A stretch of 64,000 nucleotides of DNA, from NCBI GenBank assembly GCA_040003315.1, contig JBDUCU010000002.1, forward strand, positions 5,832 to 69,831, written 5' to 3'. The notes beneath the pieces were generated by a model, which saw only the letters and a list, made by a program, of their open reading frames with translations, made no database searches and was not told the origin of the DNA. This DNA comes from Burkholderiaceae bacterium (GTDB lineage: Bacteria; Pseudomonadota; Gammaproteobacteria; Burkholderiales; Burkholderiaceae_F). Each line of letters starts with the position of its first letter. Position 1 is the first letter of the stretch. The position numbers and the translations under genes were made by a program. Shown here in pieces: positions 1 to 10,614 of the stretch.

Positions 1-585
1 ATTGCCGCAGGCATCACGCGCGCATCGGCACTGGCCATCACTTATCCCGACACGCCTTCGGCACTGAAGGTCCTGCACCACGTGCATGAGTTGAGTCCGA
101 CGCTTTCGGTGATCGTCCGCACACAGGACGATCACGACCTCGAGCGACTGAAGCGGGCAGGCGCGACCGAGGTGGTGCCGGAGCTGCTCGAAGGCAGCCT
201 GATGCTCGGGTCTCATGCGCTGGTGCTGTTGGGCGTGCCTTTAACGCGAGTCGTCAAGCGCGTGCGTGAGGCGCGCGATCAGCGCTACCGCCTGTTGCGC
301 GGCCACTTCCACAGCAGCATTGGCGATGACGAAGACGAGTTCGAAGACGAGCAGCACGAGCGCCTGCATTCGGTGCCGATCGACGACGGTGCCTCAGCCG
401 TTGGAATGGCGTTGGGGGATCTCGACCTGGCGACGATCGGGGCCGAAGTCACTTCGGTGCGTCGTCACGGGATCCGAGGCGCCGATCCGAGCCCCGCCAT
501 GAGACTCCGGGCCGGCGACGTCGTGGTGCTGCGCGGCGTTCCCGACGCGCTCGAGCTCGCCGAGCAGCGATTGCTGCAGAAGTAG
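1..585 (+). CDS. Kef/CPA2-type K+ efflux protein, C-terminal RCK (TrkA-N end plus TrkA-C) portion; 5' end lies outside the window
   Basis: Frame 1 is open from base 1 (IAAGITRASALAITYPDTPSALKVL...). It contains ...LKRAGATEVVPE and a C-terminal ...LRAGDVVVLRG segment typical of RCK/TrkA domains. The ORF-track start at 82 is an internal GTG. Confidence 0.72.
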   Translation: MAAGITRASALAITYPDTPSALKVLHHVHELSPTLSVIVRTQDDHDLERLKRAGATEVVPELLEGSLMLGSHALVLLGVPLTRVVKRVREARDQRYRLLRGHFHSSIGDDEDEFEDEQHERLHSVPIDDGASAVGMALGDLDLATIGAEVTSVRRHGIRGADPSPAMRLRAGDVVVLRGVPDALELAEQRLLQK

Positions 586-837
586 GCCGGGAACTTATTG
601 CCGGTTGACTGCAAATAGCTCGTAGATGAGTGACGCCAGGAGCTGTGTGGCCTTCGACCCACCCGCGTCCGCTGCGGCTGCGTTCAATGTTCCGATGCAG
701 CTCGATGAGCTGCATGCGATCAGGCAGCACGAGGCGCTCGAGCTCGATCGAGCGTTGCGCGGTGACGGTGCCGAGCGATTTTCACGATGAAGATGACAGC
801 AGCGCAGCGCAATCGCGAACGCAGGTAACCGCGCAGG

Positions 838-3714
838 TTAGTGAACCGGCGCCGCGCTTTCGCGCTTTGGCCTGCGCGCCAGCACGGGAGCAAGATACCG
901 GCCGGTATAGCTTCGAGCGCTGGCTGCAATAACCTCGGGCGCGCCGGTGGCAATGATCTCGCCGCCGCCGTCACCGCCCTCGGGGCCCATATCAACCACC
1001 CAGTCGGCCGTTTTGATCACGTCAAGGTTGTGCTCGATGACGATCACCGTATTGCCGGAGTCGCGCAGTTGATGCAGCACCTTCAGCAGCATCGCAATGT
1101 CGTGAAAGTGCAGGCCCGTGGTGGGCTCATCGAGGATGTATAGCGTGCGGCCGGTGTCGCGCTTGGACAATTCCAGCGACAGTTTTACGCGCTGTGCTTC
1201 GCCGCCCGATAACGTCGTCGCGCTTTGCCCAAGCTTGATGTAGCCGAGCCCGACACCAAGGAGCGTCTGCAATTTGCGCGCGATGCTTGGCACGGCATTG
1301 AAAAACTCGAAGGCATCCTCGACCGTCATATCGAGAACATCGGCAATGCTGCGACCCTTGTAATGAACTTCGAGTGTTTCGCGGTTGTAACGCTTGCCGT
1401 GGCAGACATCACACGGCACGTAAACATCGGGCAAAAAGTGCATCTCGACTTTGATCACGCCGTCGCCCTGACACGTTTCGCAGCGCCCGCCCTTGACGTT
1501 GAATGAAAAGCGGCCTGCCTCGTAGCCGCGTTCGCGCGCAGTCGGCGTTTCGGCGAATAACTCGCGGATCGGCGTGAACAGTCCGGTGTAAGTCGCCGGA
1601 TTCGAGCGCGGCGTGCGTCCGATGGCGCTCTGATCAACGCTGATCACCTTGTCGAAATTCTCCAGACCTTCGATCGAAACGTACGGCGCCGGCTCGGCCG
1701 CAGAGCCATACAAATGGCGAGCCGTCGCCGCATACAGTGTGTCATTGATCAACGTGGACTTGCCGGAACCCGACACGCCCGCGATGCACGTCAGCAACCC
1801 CACGGGAATTTCGAGGGTGACTTTCTTCAAGTTGTTGCCGTGCGCACCGACAAGTCGCAGCCAGGTCGTAAACGGTGGAGTGCGGTCATGCGGGACTTCG
1901 ATCTGGCGCCGACCCGAAAGATACTGGCCCGTGAGTGAATCGGGATCGGCCAGTACGTGTTCGAGTCGACCTTGTGCAATAACTTCGCCGCCGTGGACTC
2001 CGGCGCCCGGCCCCATGTCGACGACGTAGTCGGCAGCGCGAATCGCATCCTCGTCGTGCTCGACGACGATGACGGTGTTGCCGAAGTCGCGCAAGTGCTT
2101 CAAGGTGTCGATCAATCGGCCGTTATCGCGCTGGTGCAGACCGATCGACGGCTCGTCGAGAACGTACATCACACCCGTCAGACCGGAGCCGATTTGCGAT
2201 GCCAGTCGTATGCGCTGCGATTCGCCGCCCGACAATGTCTCGGCTGAGCGATCAAGCGACAAATAGTCCAACCCAACGTTAACCAGAAAGCGCAATCGAG
2301 ACCCGATTTCCCGGACGATCTTGTCGGCAATCTCTCGCTTCGACCCGGTGAAGCTCAGGCGCTCGAAGTATTCGACCGCTTCGTGCAATGGAGCGGCCGC
2401 GATCTGGTAAATGCCACGCCGCTCGGCGCCTTCGCCGATGAACACATTGCGCGACTCGCGCCGCAGGCGGGTTCCATCGCACACCGGACATGCACGGCGG
2501 CCGCGCATTTTGCCGAGCTCCTCGCGGACAACCGGCGAGTCCGTCTCGCGAAAACGTCTCTGCAAATTGGGAATAACGCCTTCGAACGGATGGCGCCGCA
2601 CCATTTTTTTTCCGCGCTCATTGGTGTATGCAAATGCAATCTCGGTTTCGCCTGACCCTTGGAGCACAACCCGCTGAGCGGTTGCAGGCAGTTGCTCGAA
2701 CGGCGTATCGAGGTCGAACCCGTAATGCTGCGCAAGGGTCGCCAGCATCTGGAAGTAATACTGATTGCGCGCGTCCCAGCCTTTGATTGCGCCGCTGGCA
2801 AGCGACAGTTCCGGATGGGCGACCACGCGGCTCTCGTCGAAGTACTCGACCGTTCCCAGGCCGTCGCATGCCTCGCATGCACCTACAGGATTGTTGAAGG
2901 AAAACAGACGAGGCTCGAGCTCGGACAACGAGTAGTCGCACTCGGGGCAAGAAAAACGGCTCGAGAACAAGGTTTCGCGGCCATCGTCGAGATCGAGCAA
3001 CAGTGCGCGGCCGTCGGCCAGTCGCAGCGCCGTCTCAAATGATTCGGCCAACCGCTGCTGTGCATCGGCGCGCACCTTGAGGCGGTCGATGACGACGTCG
3101 AACGAGTGTTTTTCTGTTTTCTTCAGCGGTGGAAGCGTGTCTGCTTCGACGATGGCGCCGTCGATGCGGAAGCGCACGAATCCTTGCGTCTGCATGTCGT
3201 CAAAAAATTCCGCGAATTCGCCGCGGCGCTCGCGAATCACCGGCGCGAGCACCATGACGCGCGTGTCGGCCGGCAGGCGCATCGTCGCATCGACCATTTG
3301 CGAAACGGTTTGCGATTGCAACGGCAATTGATGAGTGGGGCAGTAGGGCGTGCCGACGCGCGCATACAGCAACCGCAGATAATCGTGGATCTCGGTGACC
3401 GTGCCAACGGTCGAGCGCGGGTTGTGCGACGCCGACCGCTGCTCGATCGATATCGCAGGAGAAAGCCCTTCGATCAGATCGACATCGGGCTTCTCCATTA
3501 ACTGCAGGAACTGGCGCGCGTACGTCGACAGCGATTCCACGTAACGCCGCTGGCCTTCGGCGTACAGCGTGTCGAATGCAAGCGACGACTTGCCGGAACC
3601 CGATAGCCCGGTGATCACGATCAGCCGCTGTCGCGGCAAATCGAGATCGATGTTTTTTAGGTTGTGCGTGCGCGCGCCGCGAATACGGATTTCGCCGCTT
3701 CCAGTTGCGCTCAT
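838..3714 (-). CDS. uvrA: Excinuclease ABC subunit A (UvrA)
   Basis: 958-aa ORF with two ABC ATPase modules ([14 protein letters not shown] and [10 protein letters not shown]), two LSGGE signatures and CxxC zinc-finger pairs. N-terminus [19 protein letters not shown] is classic UvrA. Confidence 0.97.
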   Translation of the reverse strand: MSATGSGEIRIRGARTHNLKNIDLDLPRQRLIVITGLSGSGKSSLAFDTLYAEGQRRYVESLSTYARQFLQLMEKPDVDLIEGLSPAISIEQRSASHNPRSTVGTVTEIHDYLRLLYARVGTPYCPTHQLPLQSQTVSQMVDATMRLPADTRVMVLAPVIRERRGEFAEFFDDMQTQGFVRFRIDGAIVEADTLPPLKKTEKHSFDVVIDRLKVRADAQQRLAESFETALRLADGRALLLDLDDGRETLFSSRFSCPECDYSLSELEPRLFSFNNPVGACEACDGLGTVEYFDESRVVAHPELSLASGAIKGWDARNQYYFQMLATLAQHYGFDLDTPFEQLPATAQRVVLQGSGETEIAFAYTNERGKKMVRRHPFEGVIPNLQRRFRETDSPVVREELGKMRGRRACPVCDGTRLRRESRNVFIGEGAERRGIYQIAAAPLHEAVEYFERLSFTGSKREIADKIVREIGSRLRFLVNVGLDYLSLDRSAETLSGGESQRIRLASQIGSGLTGVMYVLDEPSIGLHQRDNGRLIDTLKHLRDFGNTVIVVEHDEDAIRAADYVVDMGPGAGVHGGEVIAQGRLEHVLADPDSLTGQYLSGRRQIEVPHDRTPPFTTWLRLVGAHGNNLKKVTLEIPVGLLTCIAGVSGSGKSTLINDTLYAATARHLYGSAAEPAPYVSIEGLENFDKVISVDQSAIGRTPRSNPATYTGLFTPIRELFAETPTARERGYEAGRFSFNVKGGRCETCQGDGVIKVEMHFLPDVYVPCDVCHGKRYNRETLEVHYKGRSIADVLDMTVEDAFEFFNAVPSIARKLQTLLGVGLGYIKLGQSATTLSGGEAQRVKLSLELSKRDTGRTLYILDEPTTGLHFHDIAMLLKVLHQLRDSGNTVIVIEHNLDVIKTADWVVDMGPEGGDGGGEIIATGAPEVIAASARSYTGRYLAPVLARRPKRESAAPVH

Positions 3715-3849
3715 TGCAGGTAAATGGGGTGACGAGGGAGAAAGGCAACTTGTTACTATAACTACAAACTTCTCCGCGGCCGTACCGAGCAGTCTGTCGG
3801 GTCGATAAGCGCCGCGCGTAGTTCATCAACCCGCGCGCCCAACCCCGGC

Positions 3850-5061
3850 ATGACCGCTCCAGTGGCTTCGACGATGACCGCGCTTGAAATTCGCGCCAGC
3901 GTTTCGCTGGCGTCGATCTTCGCGCTGCGCTTGCTCGGACTGTTCCTGATCCTGCCGGTTTTTGCGATCTACGCGCAGTCGATAGCCGGGGGCAACGATC
4001 CCACCCTGGTGGGACTTGCGCTGGGGATCTACGGGTTGACGCAGGGCCTGCTCCAGATTCCTTACGGTGCGGCAAGCGACAGATTGGGCCGCAAACCGGT
4101 AATCGCAGCCGGCCTGGTGGTGTTCGCTATCGGTAGTTTTGTCGCCGCAGCAGCGACCGATATCCTGTGGACGATCATCGGGCGCGCGATTCAAGGCGCG
4201 GGCGCGATCTCCGCGGCGGTGACTGCATACATTGCCGACGCCACACGCGACGAACATCGAACCAAGGCCATGGCGCTGGTGGGCGGCTCCGTCGGACTGA
4301 CTTTTGCAGGGTCGCTGGTGCTTGCGCCGGCGCTGTACGTTGCAATCGGTGTCAAGGGGCTTTTTGCAATGACCGGGATTCTGGTCGTCGCGGCGATCGG
4401 GGTCTTGATATGGATCGTGCCGCCGGCGCCTCGGAAGGCCGACCACTCAAGTCAGCAGGCGACCCACCGCACATTGCTAGATCCGCAGTTGCTGCGGCTG
4501 AACGTCGGCATCTTCGTATTGCACACGGTGCTGATGGCTTTGTTCATCGTGATTCCGCCGATCTTGGTGCAAACAGGTGGCTTACCGCTTTCCGAGCACT
4601 GGAAGGTCTACCTGCCGGTCGTTGTGCTGTCGTTCGCCTTGATGGTGAAGCCGCTGATCGAGGCTGAGCGGCGCGCGTTGGTACGCCCACTGTTCATCGC
4701 CTCGATCGCGCTGGTGCTGATCTCTCACCTGGGATTTCTGCTGCTGGGAAATTCTCTAGCATGGCTGGCGCTGTGGCTGCTGGTTTTCTTTACCGGCTTC
4801 AACATTCTCGAAGCGTGCCTGCCCTCTCTGGTGTCGCGGCTTGCGCCGGCGTCTGCCAAAGGTCTTGCGCTCGGCATCTACAATACGGCGCAGGCGTTGG
4901 GGCTGTTTGCTGGCGGTGTCCTGGGTGGCGCCATCGCGGCACGTTGGGGTCCACAGGCGGTGTTCGTTTTTGCCGCACTTGTCACTGCGGCGTGGTGTGC
5001 GATTGCCTTCGGGATGCGCGAAGTGCCAATTCGAGTGGGCATCGAGGCCGTTTCGATTTGA
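3850..5061 (+). CDS. MFS transporter
   Basis: 403-aa polytopic membrane protein. MFS loop motif GAASDRLGRKP lies after the second hydrophobic segment. Sits between uvrA and ssb. Confidence 0.85.
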   Translation: MTAPVASTMTALEIRASVSLASIFALRLLGLFLILPVFAIYAQSIAGGNDPTLVGLALGIYGLTQGLLQIPYGAASDRLGRKPVIAAGLVVFAIGSFVAAAATDILWTIIGRAIQGAGAISAAVTAYIADATRDEHRTKAMALVGGSVGLTFAGSLVLAPALYVAIGVKGLFAMTGILVVAAIGVLIWIVPPAPRKADHSSQQATHRTLLDPQLLRLNVGIFVLHTVLMALFIVIPPILVQTGGLPLSEHWKVYLPVVVLSFALMVKPLIEAERRALVRPLFIASIALVLISHLGFLLLGNSLAWLALWLLVFFTGFNILEACLPSLVSRLAPASAKGLALGIYNTAQALGLFAGGVLGGAIAARWGPQAVFVFAALVTAAWCAIAFGMREVPIRVGIEAVSI

Positions 5062-5109
5062 ATCGCCGTTGGCGCAAGCGGCACAGAATGTTTTTATCAG
5101 GAGGCAGCG

Positions 5110-5589
5110 ATGGCATCCGTCAACAAAGTGATACTGATCGGCAACCTTGGACGCGATCCAGAAACTCGCTACACGGCTGATGGGGCGGCGATCACGAACA
5201 TAACAATCGCCACTTCGGATCGTTGGAAGGATAAAGCCACCGGTGAGATGAAGGAGGCGACCGAGTGGCACAAAGTCGCGTTTTTCGGCCGGCTTGCCGA
5301 AATCGCTGGCGAGTATCTGAAAAAAGGTCGCCCGGTTTACGTCGAGGGAAAGTTGCGCACCCGCAAATGGCAGGACAAGGAAGGGCAGGACAAATACACG
5401 ACCGAAATCATTGCGGACAATATGCAGATGCTTGGCTCTCGGGAAGGCATGGGTGGCGCAAGTGGCGACTTTGATGCTGCCGAGAACTCACGCGCTCCGG
5501 CGCGTGCGAGCACACCTTCGGGCGGTGCGCATTCCGCGCCAAAGTCTACGCCGAGCGTCGCTGAAATGGACGACGATATTCCTTTCTAG
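5110..5589 (+). CDS. ssb: Single-stranded DNA-binding protein
   Basis: OB-fold N-terminus [35 protein letters not shown], a Gly/Ser-rich linker and the acidic tail DDDIPF. SD caggagg lies upstream. Confidence 0.95.
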   Translation: MASVNKVILIGNLGRDPETRYTADGAAITNITIATSDRWKDKATGEMKEATEWHKVAFFGRLAEIAGEYLKKGRPVYVEGKLRTRKWQDKEGQDKYTTEIIADNMQMLGSREGMGGASGDFDAAENSRAPARASTPSGGAHSAPKSTPSVAEMDDDIPF

Positions 5590-5761
5590 CATGCGCTTGC
5601 CGTGTACGAGACCGCGTCGCGGTCGCACGCGCACTCGTTTCAATCAGTGAGGGCGCCGCCCTTCGCGGCGGTCGCGCGAGCGGCGCAGATCCGAGGCGAG
5701 CGGATGACGCACTGGCGGTGGCCGCTCGATTGAGCAATCCGATCACCTGAATGACGACCGC

Positions 5762-6985
5762 ATGGATTTGAGTTTTCTTCCAGACTGGCCGATTGCCTGG
5801 CCGGCCGCGATGGCAGTGGCAATTCTTGCGTTGTTCGCTGCAGTCGCCGGCGAAGTCGCCGGACGCTGGCTGCGAGTTCCGCGCTTGCTGGGTTACGTGG
5901 CAGCCGGCGCGCTGTTCGGCGCAGGGGGGTACGTCGTGCAGTGGCTGAAGATTGAAGAACTGCCGATCCGCACCATGCAGTTTTCAATGAACTTCGCCGC
6001 CGCCGTGATCCTCTTCGACGTTGGCCAGCGGGTGTCGTTCGGCTGGGTGCGTCGCAATCCGGCGCTGCTCGGAGCGAGCGTGGTAGAAAGTGCGCTGACG
6101 TTCGTCGGCGTCTATGTCGCAATGCAGGCGCTCGAGATTGCGCCGCTCGCTTCTGCGCTGATCGCCGCGATCAGCATGTCGACGTCCCCGGCGGTCGTGT
6201 TGGCCGTCACACGGGAGCTGCGTGCGCAGGGCCAGGTCACCGAGCGCACGCTGTTGCTCACCGCGCTCAATTCAATTTACGCGGTCGTACTGTCGACACT
6301 GCTGCTGGCATGGGCTCGCGTGCAGACGCGAGGCGTGCTCGACGACTACCTGCTGCACCCGGCGTACCTGATTGTAGGTTCGCTTGCGCTTGCCGCTATC
6401 GGTGCGCGCGTGTTTTTGGCGGTGGTCGGGTTCGTAGGTCGCGATCGCGCCGAGCAGATCATGGTGATGCTCGCGGTGGTGTGGATTGTGTTTTCCACTG
6501 CGGATGCGCTGAAGCTCTCGCCGCTTCTGGCGCTGCTTGCCTGCGGCGCCTTTGTGCGCACGTTCGACGACCAGCGGCTGCTCGCCAGGACCGACATCGG
6601 ACTGGCGTCCGCCGTCGCACTCGCTTTGTTCTTCGCGCTGTCGGCTGCGGTGGTCGACCTCGATGTGTTGTTTGCAGCTTGGCTGCCGGCGCTCGCGCTG
6701 GTCCTCGTGCGCTCAGTTTGCAAAGTTGCGGCCGTTGGCGCGCTGTCTCCGTTGACGGGTATCGCATGGCGCAAGGGCCTTCTGACCGGCATCGGACTGT
6801 TGCCGATGTCAGCACTAGCGCTGATGCTGACGCAGGAAGTGTCGCTGCTGAACCCGCAAGTCGGGGCCCAGACCGGTGCCGTGTTGCTGCTGAGCGTCGT
6901 CATTCTGCAGGTCGTCGGCGCGCTGACTCTGATGTTTGCGTTGCGCGCAAGCGATGAAGCCAGAACGGATGGAGTGCGTCGATGA
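5762..6985 (+). CDS. Cation:proton antiporter (Na+/H+ exchanger superfamily) membrane protein
   Basis: 407-aa, about 11-12 hydrophobic helices, no soluble domain. The stop overlaps the next start (ATGA at 6982-6985). Confidence 0.72.
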   Translation: MDLSFLPDWPIAWPAAMAVAILALFAAVAGEVAGRWLRVPRLLGYVAAGALFGAGGYVVQWLKIEELPIRTMQFSMNFAAAVILFDVGQRVSFGWVRRNPALLGASVVESALTFVGVYVAMQALEIAPLASALIAAISMSTSPAVVLAVTRELRAQGQVTERTLLLTALNSIYAVVLSTLLLAWARVQTRGVLDDYLLHPAYLIVGSLALAAIGARVFLAVVGFVGRDRAEQIMVMLAVVWIVFSTADALKLSPLLALLACGAFVRTFDDQRLLARTDIGLASAVALALFFALSAAVVDLDVLFAAWLPALALVLVRSVCKVAAVGALSPLTGIAWRKGLLTGIGLLPMSALALMLTQEVSLLNPQVGAQTGAVLLLSVVILQVVGALTLMFALRASDEARTDGVRR

Positions 6986-8178
6986 CCGCAGCAAAGTCCT
7001 GGGTGCCGATCAGCCCCGGGCCGGAAGCCGGTCTTACGTTCAACGCGTCAGCATTGCTGACACTGGGCGTCGAGCTCGAGCTACAACTGATCGATCGACG
7101 CACCGGCGATCTGACGCGTGGCGCGTCCGACTTGATTGCTCTGGTTTCAAAGAAACCGCACCTTGGCGAGATCAAGCCCGAGATTACCGAAAGCATGCTC
7201 GAGATCAGCACCTCGGTGCACCGGACGTTCAGACCGCTGCTCAATGAACTGACCGCGATGCGAGACACGCTGGTAGCGGGGGCGGACTTGCTCGATATCG
7301 AAGTGGCCGGCGGTGGTGCGCACCCGTTCCAGCGCTGGTACGACCGCCAGATCTACGATCGACCGCGCTTCCGCCACGTGGCGGGTTTGTACGGCTATCT
7401 GGCCAAGCAGTTCACCGTGTTCGGCCAGCATGTACATGTCGGCTGCGAAAATGGAACGCAAGCGCTGCTGCTATTGCATCAGCTGTCCTCTTACATCCCG
7501 CAGTTCATTGCACTTGCCGCGGCGAGCCCGTATTTTCAGGGCGTCGACACATCGTATGACTGTTCGCGCTTGAACAGCGTTTATGCGTTTCCGCTGTCGG
7601 GGCGTGCTCCATTTGTGACCGACTGGCCGGCGTTCGAGCGTTTCTTCGCAAAGTTAAAGGCGCTCGGCGTTGTCGAGAGCATGAAAGACTTTTACTGGGA
7701 TGTTCGTCCGAAGCCCGAGTTTGGAACGATCGAAGTGCGCGTATTCGATACGCCGCTGACAGTCGAGCGGGCTGCGGTGCTGGCGGCGTATGTCCAGACT
7801 ATCTGCCGGATGCTGCTGCAACAGGGGGCTGCTCCCGAAACCGAAGATATCTACCTGACTTACAACTACAACCGATTTCAGGCGTGCCGTTTCGGTCTCG
7901 AGGGACAGGTCATCAACGGCACCACCGGCACCAGCCGTGCGCTGCACCAAGATATTTTGGCCACGCTCGACTCCTGCCGCCCGTTTGCTAGGGAGCTCGA
8001 GTCGACCGACGCACTCGACGAGATCGAACGTTGGGTGCGTACCGCTGGCAACGATGCACGTTGGCAGCGTGAAAGATTTCAGCGTCGCCATTCGATGGCC
8101 GAGCTGTTGCTCGAATCCGCCGATCGATGGCGCGGCAAGCGCGTCGATCACGCCGCGAGCAGCGACAGCGCGATCTGA
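6982..8178 (+). CDS. ybdK: Carboxylate-amine ligase, glutamate-cysteine ligase family 2 (YbdK-like)
   Basis: LTLGVELELQLID near the N-terminus, KPEITESMLEISTSV, FGQHVHVG and DVRPKPEFGTIEVRVFD match the GCS2/YbdK family pattern. Confidence 0.85.
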   Translation: MTAAKSWVPISPGPEAGLTFNASALLTLGVELELQLIDRRTGDLTRGASDLIALVSKKPHLGEIKPEITESMLEISTSVHRTFRPLLNELTAMRDTLVAGADLLDIEVAGGGAHPFQRWYDRQIYDRPRFRHVAGLYGYLAKQFTVFGQHVHVGCENGTQALLLLHQLSSYIPQFIALAAASPYFQGVDTSYDCSRLNSVYAFPLSGRAPFVTDWPAFERFFAKLKALGVVESMKDFYWDVRPKPEFGTIEVRVFDTPLTVERAAVLAAYVQTICRMLLQQGAAPETEDIYLTYNYNRFQACRFGLEGQVINGTTGTSRALHQDILATLDSCRPFARELESTDALDEIERWVRTAGNDARWQRERFQRRHSMAELLLESADRWRGKRVDHAASSDSAI

Positions 8179-8972
8179 TGCAGCGGCCCGGCGCTTGCAA
8201 TCAGGGAAGCGTCCACGAGTGGATCGCCGCCGCTCCAAGAACTGACGACACCGCCGGCGCCCTCGACCACCGGCACGATCGCAGCGACGTCGTAGTACTC
8301 GAGCTTGGGGTCCAGCATCAAGTCGGCGGCGCCGGTGGCCAGTGCAAAATAGCCGAAGCAGTCGCCCCACGTGCGATACATCTTGGCGCGTTTGACGATC
8401 TGTTCGATCCGATGCGCAGCGGGGCTGCGCTGCTCCTCGGACATCCAGTGGGATGTCGCCAGCACCGTGGCTTCTTCTAGACGTTCACACTGCCGAACGT
8501 TCACGCGGCGTTGCGTGCTGTCGCTTGCGTAGAGCGTAGTACTGCGATGATGTCCGATCAGGGCGACGCCGGCGGCTGCATGGCCGATCGCGCCGAGCAC
8601 CGGGCGATATCCGTCGCGCTCCTGCCGCTCGAGCGCAATCAAGGTTCCGAACAGGAAGCAGTTCGTAATGAAGGCGCGCGTGCCATCGATCGGATCGAGC
8701 ACCCAGCGGTAACCGCGGCCGGGCTTGACTCCGTGCTCCTCGCCTAGGATTGCATGCTCAGGATAGCGGCGCTCGATCAACTTGCGCAACGCAGCCTCGG
8801 CGTTGCGGTCGGCCGTTGTCACCGGGCTCGCGTCGTTCTTCAGCGACACCGTCGCGCCGCCCAGAAAAAATGGGCGGATCGTTGCAAACGCAATCGCAAT
8901 CAGCTCGTGCACGAACGGCACGAACTCGCGTTCTTCCTCCGCTGACAGCTGCGCGCTGTAGCGTTCGATCAC
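8148..8972 (-). CDS. Inositol monophosphatase family protein (histidinol-phosphatase-like)
   Basis: IMPase motifs ILGEEHG and WVLDPIDGTRAFI, plus WGDCFGYFALATGAADL. The proposed GTG start at 8972 overlaps the upstream stop (GTGA). The longer track ORF to 9104 would overlap the upstream gene by 136 nt. Confidence 0.8.
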   Translation of the reverse strand: MIERYSAQLSAEEEREFVPFVHELIAIAFATIRPFFLGGATVSLKNDASPVTTADRNAEAALRKLIERRYPEHAILGEEHGVKPGRGYRWVLDPIDGTRAFITNCFLFGTLIALERQERDGYRPVLGAIGHAAAGVALIGHHRSTTLYASDSTQRRVNVRQCERLEEATVLATSHWMSEEQRSPAAHRIEQIVKRAKMYRTWGDCFGYFALATGAADLMLDPKLEYYDVAAIVPVVEGAGGVVSSWSGGDPLVDASLIASAGPLHQIALSLLAA

Positions 8973-10576
8973 GCGCGCGCAGGCTTGAACAGGTTTTCGC
9001 AGGCAGCGCGATCGGCCGCGTCGGAGGCCGCTTTGGCGCATATCGGCGTGACCCTTGCGCTGAGTCGCGCCAACGACGCGTCGTGACTGCCATCCTTGTT
9101 CCACGCTACGAGCCGGCCGCTGATTCGTTCGAGCGTCCTTTTGCTTCGCCCCGAAAATGCTCCGGGTTCGGTGCGCAATTCACCGATGACCTGGCTCGAT
9201 GCCTGCTCGATCAGCGCGGCCTCCTGAGGGGTGAGGTCGATCAGGTAGCGCACATATGCGCCACCCCATTCGAGTCGCGTCGCGGGTCCGATCGATGTCT
9301 GGTACGCCTGACGTGACCAGTCGATGGCAGCGCGGTTGCCTTCCGGCGTATTGCGTTTCTTTGCGTTCGACGCAAGCACGAGCATGTAGTAGTAGGGTGA
9401 ATGCGAGCGTTTGAGCTCGCGCGTGATCAGCGCGTCGGCTTCATCGAGCAGTCCGGCCTGCGCCAGCATCGAGCCCGCGCTGTAGATCACCGATTGCCGC
9501 TCGTTCAGATCGATGGTATCGCTGTCCGCGCGCGCTGCCTGCGCGCGTACTTCTTCAAGTAACGGCAGCGTCAAAGGAGCGTCCTTGTTGTCGAGCCGCG
9601 CGATCGCGACTTTGGCGGTAGTTGCCCAGATGCGCCCCGCACTGCTGAGCGTCTGGTCGTGGGCGAGGCTGTCCAACGCCGCGTTCCACGACTGAACCAG
9701 ATCGGCGCGTTGCGCCGATCTCGGAGTCGTCACGGCGCCGATGATGTCGTCGGCGCTAAAGGCGAGCTGATCGTAGTGTTCGCGCACCAGTTCCGGCTGC
9801 GCAAGCACGCTCTTCAGACTTGCCAGCGCCTCGGCTTTGTCAATCGGCGGCTTGGAATCGCCTTTCGCCGTTGCCACTGCACCCAGCGCCTGCAGTACCA
9901 GGCGCGACGCCGATTCGCGCTGTGTCGGCGGGCAGCTGCGCGCCAGCTTGAGCAGTGTCGTCGGTACATCTTTCTCAGCAACCAGTTGCTGATCGTCGGT
10001 CGCCCACGAGTAATACGCGAGCAGCCGCCAGTCTTCGGCGGCCAACGGACGGCCGGCGAGCGCTGCGTCGAGCAGTTGGCGAGCAGACACGCCTGCCGAC
10101 AATCCGCGCTGCAGCAGCTGCATGTACTTGGCGGGCTCGACTGAGCCTTCAAGGCGAGTGATTTCGTTGCCGTCCGCGGTCAACAGCACCATTGTCGGAT
10201 ACCCGCTGACGTTGAAGCGCTTGCCAAGTGCCGGGCCGCTTGAGGTGTCGCCATCAACGTACACCGGCACGAAGGATCGGGACTTCGCGACAAACTCGTC
10301 GCGGGTAAAGATTGTCGACTTGACGTGGTTGCACGGTGGGCACCACGTGGCGGTCCAGAACAGAAAGACGGGTTTGTTATCGGCCCTGGCGGTAGCAAAT
10401 GCCGAATCGATATCGGCTGGCGCGTCGGTCTTGACCCATGCAATTGTGTCGACAGCGGCATGCGCAGCGGCTGGCAATGCAGACTTTGCGCCGGGAGCAT
10501 CCGGAGTCCTGGCACAAGCGGCCGCAATCAACGAGAATGCGATCGCCGCCGCTGACCGGCTGAGTTTGAGTTTCAT
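8969..10576 (-). CDS. Thioredoxin-fold lipoprotein with a large C-terminal helical domain, function unknown
   Basis: Start chosen at ATG 10576 (MKLKLSRSAAAIAFSLIAAAC, lipobox LIAAAC). Thioredoxin active site FLFWTATWCPPCNHV. About 350 further residues have no motif I recognise. Confidence 0.72.
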   Translation of the reverse strand: MKLKLSRSAAAIAFSLIAAACARTPDAPGAKSALPAAAHAAVDTIAWVKTDAPADIDSAFATARADNKPVFLFWTATWCPPCNHVKSTIFTRDEFVAKSRSFVPVYVDGDTSSGPALGKRFNVSGYPTMVLLTADGNEITRLEGSVEPAKYMQLLQRGLSAGVSARQLLDAALAGRPLAAEDWRLLAYYSWATDDQQLVAEKDVPTTLLKLARSCPPTQRESASRLVLQALGAVATAKGDSKPPIDKAEALASLKSVLAQPELVREHYDQLAFSADDIIGAVTTPRSAQRADLVQSWNAALDSLAHDQTLSSAGRIWATTAKVAIARLDNKDAPLTLPLLEEVRAQAARADSDTIDLNERQSVIYSAGSMLAQAGLLDEADALITRELKRSHSPYYYMLVLASNAKKRNTPEGNRAAIDWSRQAYQTSIGPATRLEWGGAYVRYLIDLTPQEAALIEQASSQVIGELRTEPGAFSGRSKRTLERISGRLVAWNKDGSHDASLARLSARVTPICAKAASDAADRAACENLFKPARA

Positions 10577-10614
10577 CGATGACCGTCCGCGCAGATTGTC
10601 GCGAGAGACGCAGT

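Noticed and set aside
586-837. Possible small minus-strand gene between the Kef-like gene and the uvrA 3' end (track ORFs 449-730, 465-662 and 720-995).
   Set aside because: The translations are Arg/Ser/Ala-rich, lack an SD or any motif, and overlap flanking genes. The only frame ending cleanly (…KATQLLASLIYELFAVNRQ) has no credible start.
5590-5761. Terminator after ssb (GACCGC-gtc-GCGGTC and CCGCC-cttcgc-GGCGG hairpins).
   Set aside because: The stems are short (5-6 bp), one loop is very tight, and no U-tract follows. This is not enough to call a terminator.
8973-9104. N-terminal extensions of the longest ORFs. Examples are IMPase to 9104, lipoprotein to 10867, HD to 11262, phnY to 14371, phnA to 15705, amidotransferase to 31469, ALDH to 30438 and PAP2 to 48644.
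   Set aside because: The extensions are Arg-rich, overlap the upstream gene, and precede obvious native N-termini (signal peptides, family start motifs). Downstream ATG/GTG codons sit 1-9 nt after, or overlap, the upstream stop.
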